A DNA stretch of 25,288 nt, taken from positions 1-25,288 of the IMG/VR virus record IMGVR_UViG_2565956635_000009; one strand, 5' to 3'. The notes under the pieces were generated by a model. That model saw only the letters and a list, made by a program, of their open reading frames with translations, ran no database searches and was not told the origin of the DNA. A program made the translations under genes and the position numbers. This document shows positions 23,374 to 25,288 of the stretch, piece by piece. The first letter of the stretch is position 1. The number at the start of each line of letters is the position of its first letter. This DNA comes from a virus. Its lineage: Duplodnaviria > Heunggongvirae > Uroviricota > Caudoviricetes.

Positions 23374-24029
23374 ACCTATATCAACGCATCAATGGCGCTG
23401 ACTGGTGCAATATCTTCGTCGTCGGCGATCTGCATGGGTGCTACACGCTGTTGATGAACGAACTCGACAAAGTTTCATTCGACCCGGCGCGCGATTTGCT
23501 TATTTCCGTTGGTGACCTTGTTGACCGCGGCGCTGAAAACGTCGAATGCCTGGATTTGATTACTATGCCGTGGTTCCGAGCTGTTCGTGGCAACCATGAG
23601 CAGATGATGCTGGATGCACTGGTCAACGGCGGAAGTTTCGGACATTGGATGTCAAACGGCGGTGGATGGTGGCACCAACTTGATTCTGAGCAGGATGTGC
23701 AACTCAAATACCTTCTGCCAAAGGTTACCAACCTCCCGATGATTATCGAACTGGTTACCGGCAATAAGAAGGTCGTCATCTGCCACGCAGACTACCCGCA
23801 CAACGAATACGCATTCGATAAGCCAGTACCGGAAGAAATGGTGATATGGAATCGTGAGCGGGTTAGCGACGCGCAGGACGGTATTGTCTCGGAGATAACC
23901 GGTGCCGATTTGTTCATCTTCGGTCATACGCCAGCACATCACCCACTAGTGTATGCAAACCAGATGTACATCGACACCGGCGCAGTGTTCTGCGGAAATC
24001 TGACGCTTACCAAAGTCCAGGAAGGATAG
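23370..24029 (+). CDS. Ser/Thr protein phosphatase, lambda-phosphatase-like metallophosphoesterase (219 aa)
   Basis: PPP-family signature motifs GDLHG, GDLVDRG and GNHE; ATG at 23370 with GGGAG site, overlapping the methyltransferase stop. Confidence 0.85.
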
Positions 24030-24031
24030 AA

Positions 24032-25288
24032 TTATTTATTACTGTCTTCCATCCACCTCTCAAACTTCGACGGGGAGAACGGAATCAGATCCGTATGCTC
24101 CCCATTAATCCAGGAATCAATCATATCGGCCCACTGCTGCAACATGTAGGCGCGCTGTCTGGCGTATTCCGCTTTGTTATATACGGCGCGCACACCTTTC
24201 TGCTCATGTGCCAGAGCCTTTTCAATCCAGTCTGAAGGATAACCAGCCTCATGCAACAACGTACTTGCTGTACGGCGCATATCGTGTACGGTGAAGTCCT
24301 GAATATGCTCACCATCTTCATTTATTATTTTCACCGTTCTGTCGATCAGAGAGTTCAGCGCGGCATTAGATAATGGCTTCCGGAAATTGTAACGACCAGG
24401 AACCAGATATTCACTTCCACCAGCGCACATCTGCAACCCAACCAATATATCCTGTGCCTGTTTAGGCAGGTAAATAACGTGCGCCCGGCTTCCCTTCATG
24501 CGGTCTGAAGGAATTGTCCATGTCCATTTTTTAAAATCTATTTCATCCCACGTTGCATTGGTGAATTCGCCTTTACGAACCATAGTGATAAGCACCAGCT
24601 TTAAAGCCATTTTCATAGTGCCCATAGCACCAATGGCATCCAGCGTGCGGAAGAACAGGCCAATTTCTTCTGGTGTCAGTGTTCGCTCTCGTGGTTTAAA
24701 TATGGCGATAGACGAAGGTTTAATGTCAGCCGCAGGATTAAACAAACCATGACCACGGTCATTGGCGTGACGGTATACGCTGCTGATGATCTCCCTGGCC
24801 TGTACTGCTGTTGCCCGACCACCGCGTTCGACAATCCGGTCACACAAATCACGAACCATCGATGTGGTAATTTCAGCCATCATTTTGTTGCCAAGAACCG
24901 GAAGTATGTCACGGTCGATCACCGCCTGCTTCATTGCGCGGGTACTGTCAGCCAGGATGACGTGTTTCATATAACTGTCGGTATGTACCGCAAACGTCTC
25001 GGCACCACGAATCTTTTTGATACCGTCACGTTTAGCCGCAGCCGGTGACTGGCCTGCTTTAAGCAGCTTCTTTGCAGCAATCAGTTCTTCTCGCGCTTCT
25101 GCCAGGCTGATACCGTCACGCCCATACTGCCCGATTACCAGTGTTTCGCGGCGACCGTTGATACGGTAGTCATAGCGAAACGAGACCGTGCCTGACGTAA
25201 GCACAGCTACATACAGCCCGTCACGATCGGAGACCTTGTACAGTTTGTCCTGCGGCTTGAGGTTTTTTAATTTTGTATCGGTAAGCAC
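24032..25288 (-). CDS. int: Tyrosine integrase, P4-type; start codon at or just beyond the window edge
   Basis: N-terminus (M)LTDTKLKNLKPQDKLYKVSDRDGLYVAV is typical of P4-family integrases; C-terminal catalytic region with HDMRRT and VRAVYNKAEY. The ORF runs to position 25288, where the last codon is GTG. Confidence 0.9.
   Translation of the reverse strand: MLTDTKLKNLKPQDKLYKVSDRDGLYVAVLTSGTVSFRYDYRINGRRETLVIGQYGRDGISLAEAREELIAAKKLLKAGQSPAAAKRDGIKKIRGAETFAVHTDSYMKHVILADSTRAMKQAVIDRDILPVLGNKMMAEITTSMVRDLCDRIVERGGRATAVQAREIISSVYRHANDRGHGLFNPAADIKPSSIAIFKPRERTLTPEEIGLFFRTLDAIGAMGTMKMALKLVLITMVRKGEFTNATWDEIDFKKWTWTIPSDRMKGSRAHVIYLPKQAQDILVGLQMCAGGSEYLVPGRYNFRKPLSNAALNSLIDRTVKIINEDGEHIQDFTVHDMRRTASTLLHEAGYPSDWIEKALAHEQKGVRAVYNKAEYARQRAYMLQQWADMIDSWINGEHTDLIPFSPSKFERWMEDSNK

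Larger units (their letters stand above)
1..25288. mobile_element. Prophage (temperate, mosaic: short-tailed-phage-like virion module, lambdoid replication/immunity, P4-type integrase); both ends lie outside the window
   Basis: Contiguous phage functions across the whole window: virion proteins, portal, terminase, O/P-like replication genes, Cro/CI-like pair, recombination genes, integrase. No host housekeeping genes seen. Confidence 0.85.

Overview
The whole window lies inside a temperate, mosaic prophage (enterobacterial-type sequence); no host flank is visible. Reading left to right: a minus-strand virion module (partial injection-type protein at the left edge, tail proteins, capsid, scaffold, portal), then an AT-rich moron (argU-like tRNA-Arg(UCU), two terminators, own promoter, membrane/coiled-coil protein) wedged between portal and large terminase, then terL/terS, a seven-gene translationally coupled accessory cluster, lambda-like replication genes (O-like with internal iterons, P-like), an immunity region (Cro-like, dual-HTH CI-like repressor), a plus-strand early-left operon (RecE-like exonuclease, Bet-like annealing protein, AlpA-like, PerC-like, MT-A70 methyltransferase, Ser/Thr phosphatase), and a convergent P4-type tyrosine integrase ending at the right edge. 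The strongest signal I can see directly is a 15-bp palindrome, TTACC-N5-GGTAA, present at 10 or more places and sitting at the start of nearly every transcription unit, including a duplicated operator-promoter-operator module with identical spacing at the early-left promoter and downstream of the P-like gene. The best candidates for an undescribed system are the tRNA-linked moron protein and the accessory cluster between replication and packaging. No lysis cassette, antirepressor, N/Q-type antiterminator, CRISPR array or IS element was recognised. All homology calls are from reading the translations by eye and need database confirmation.
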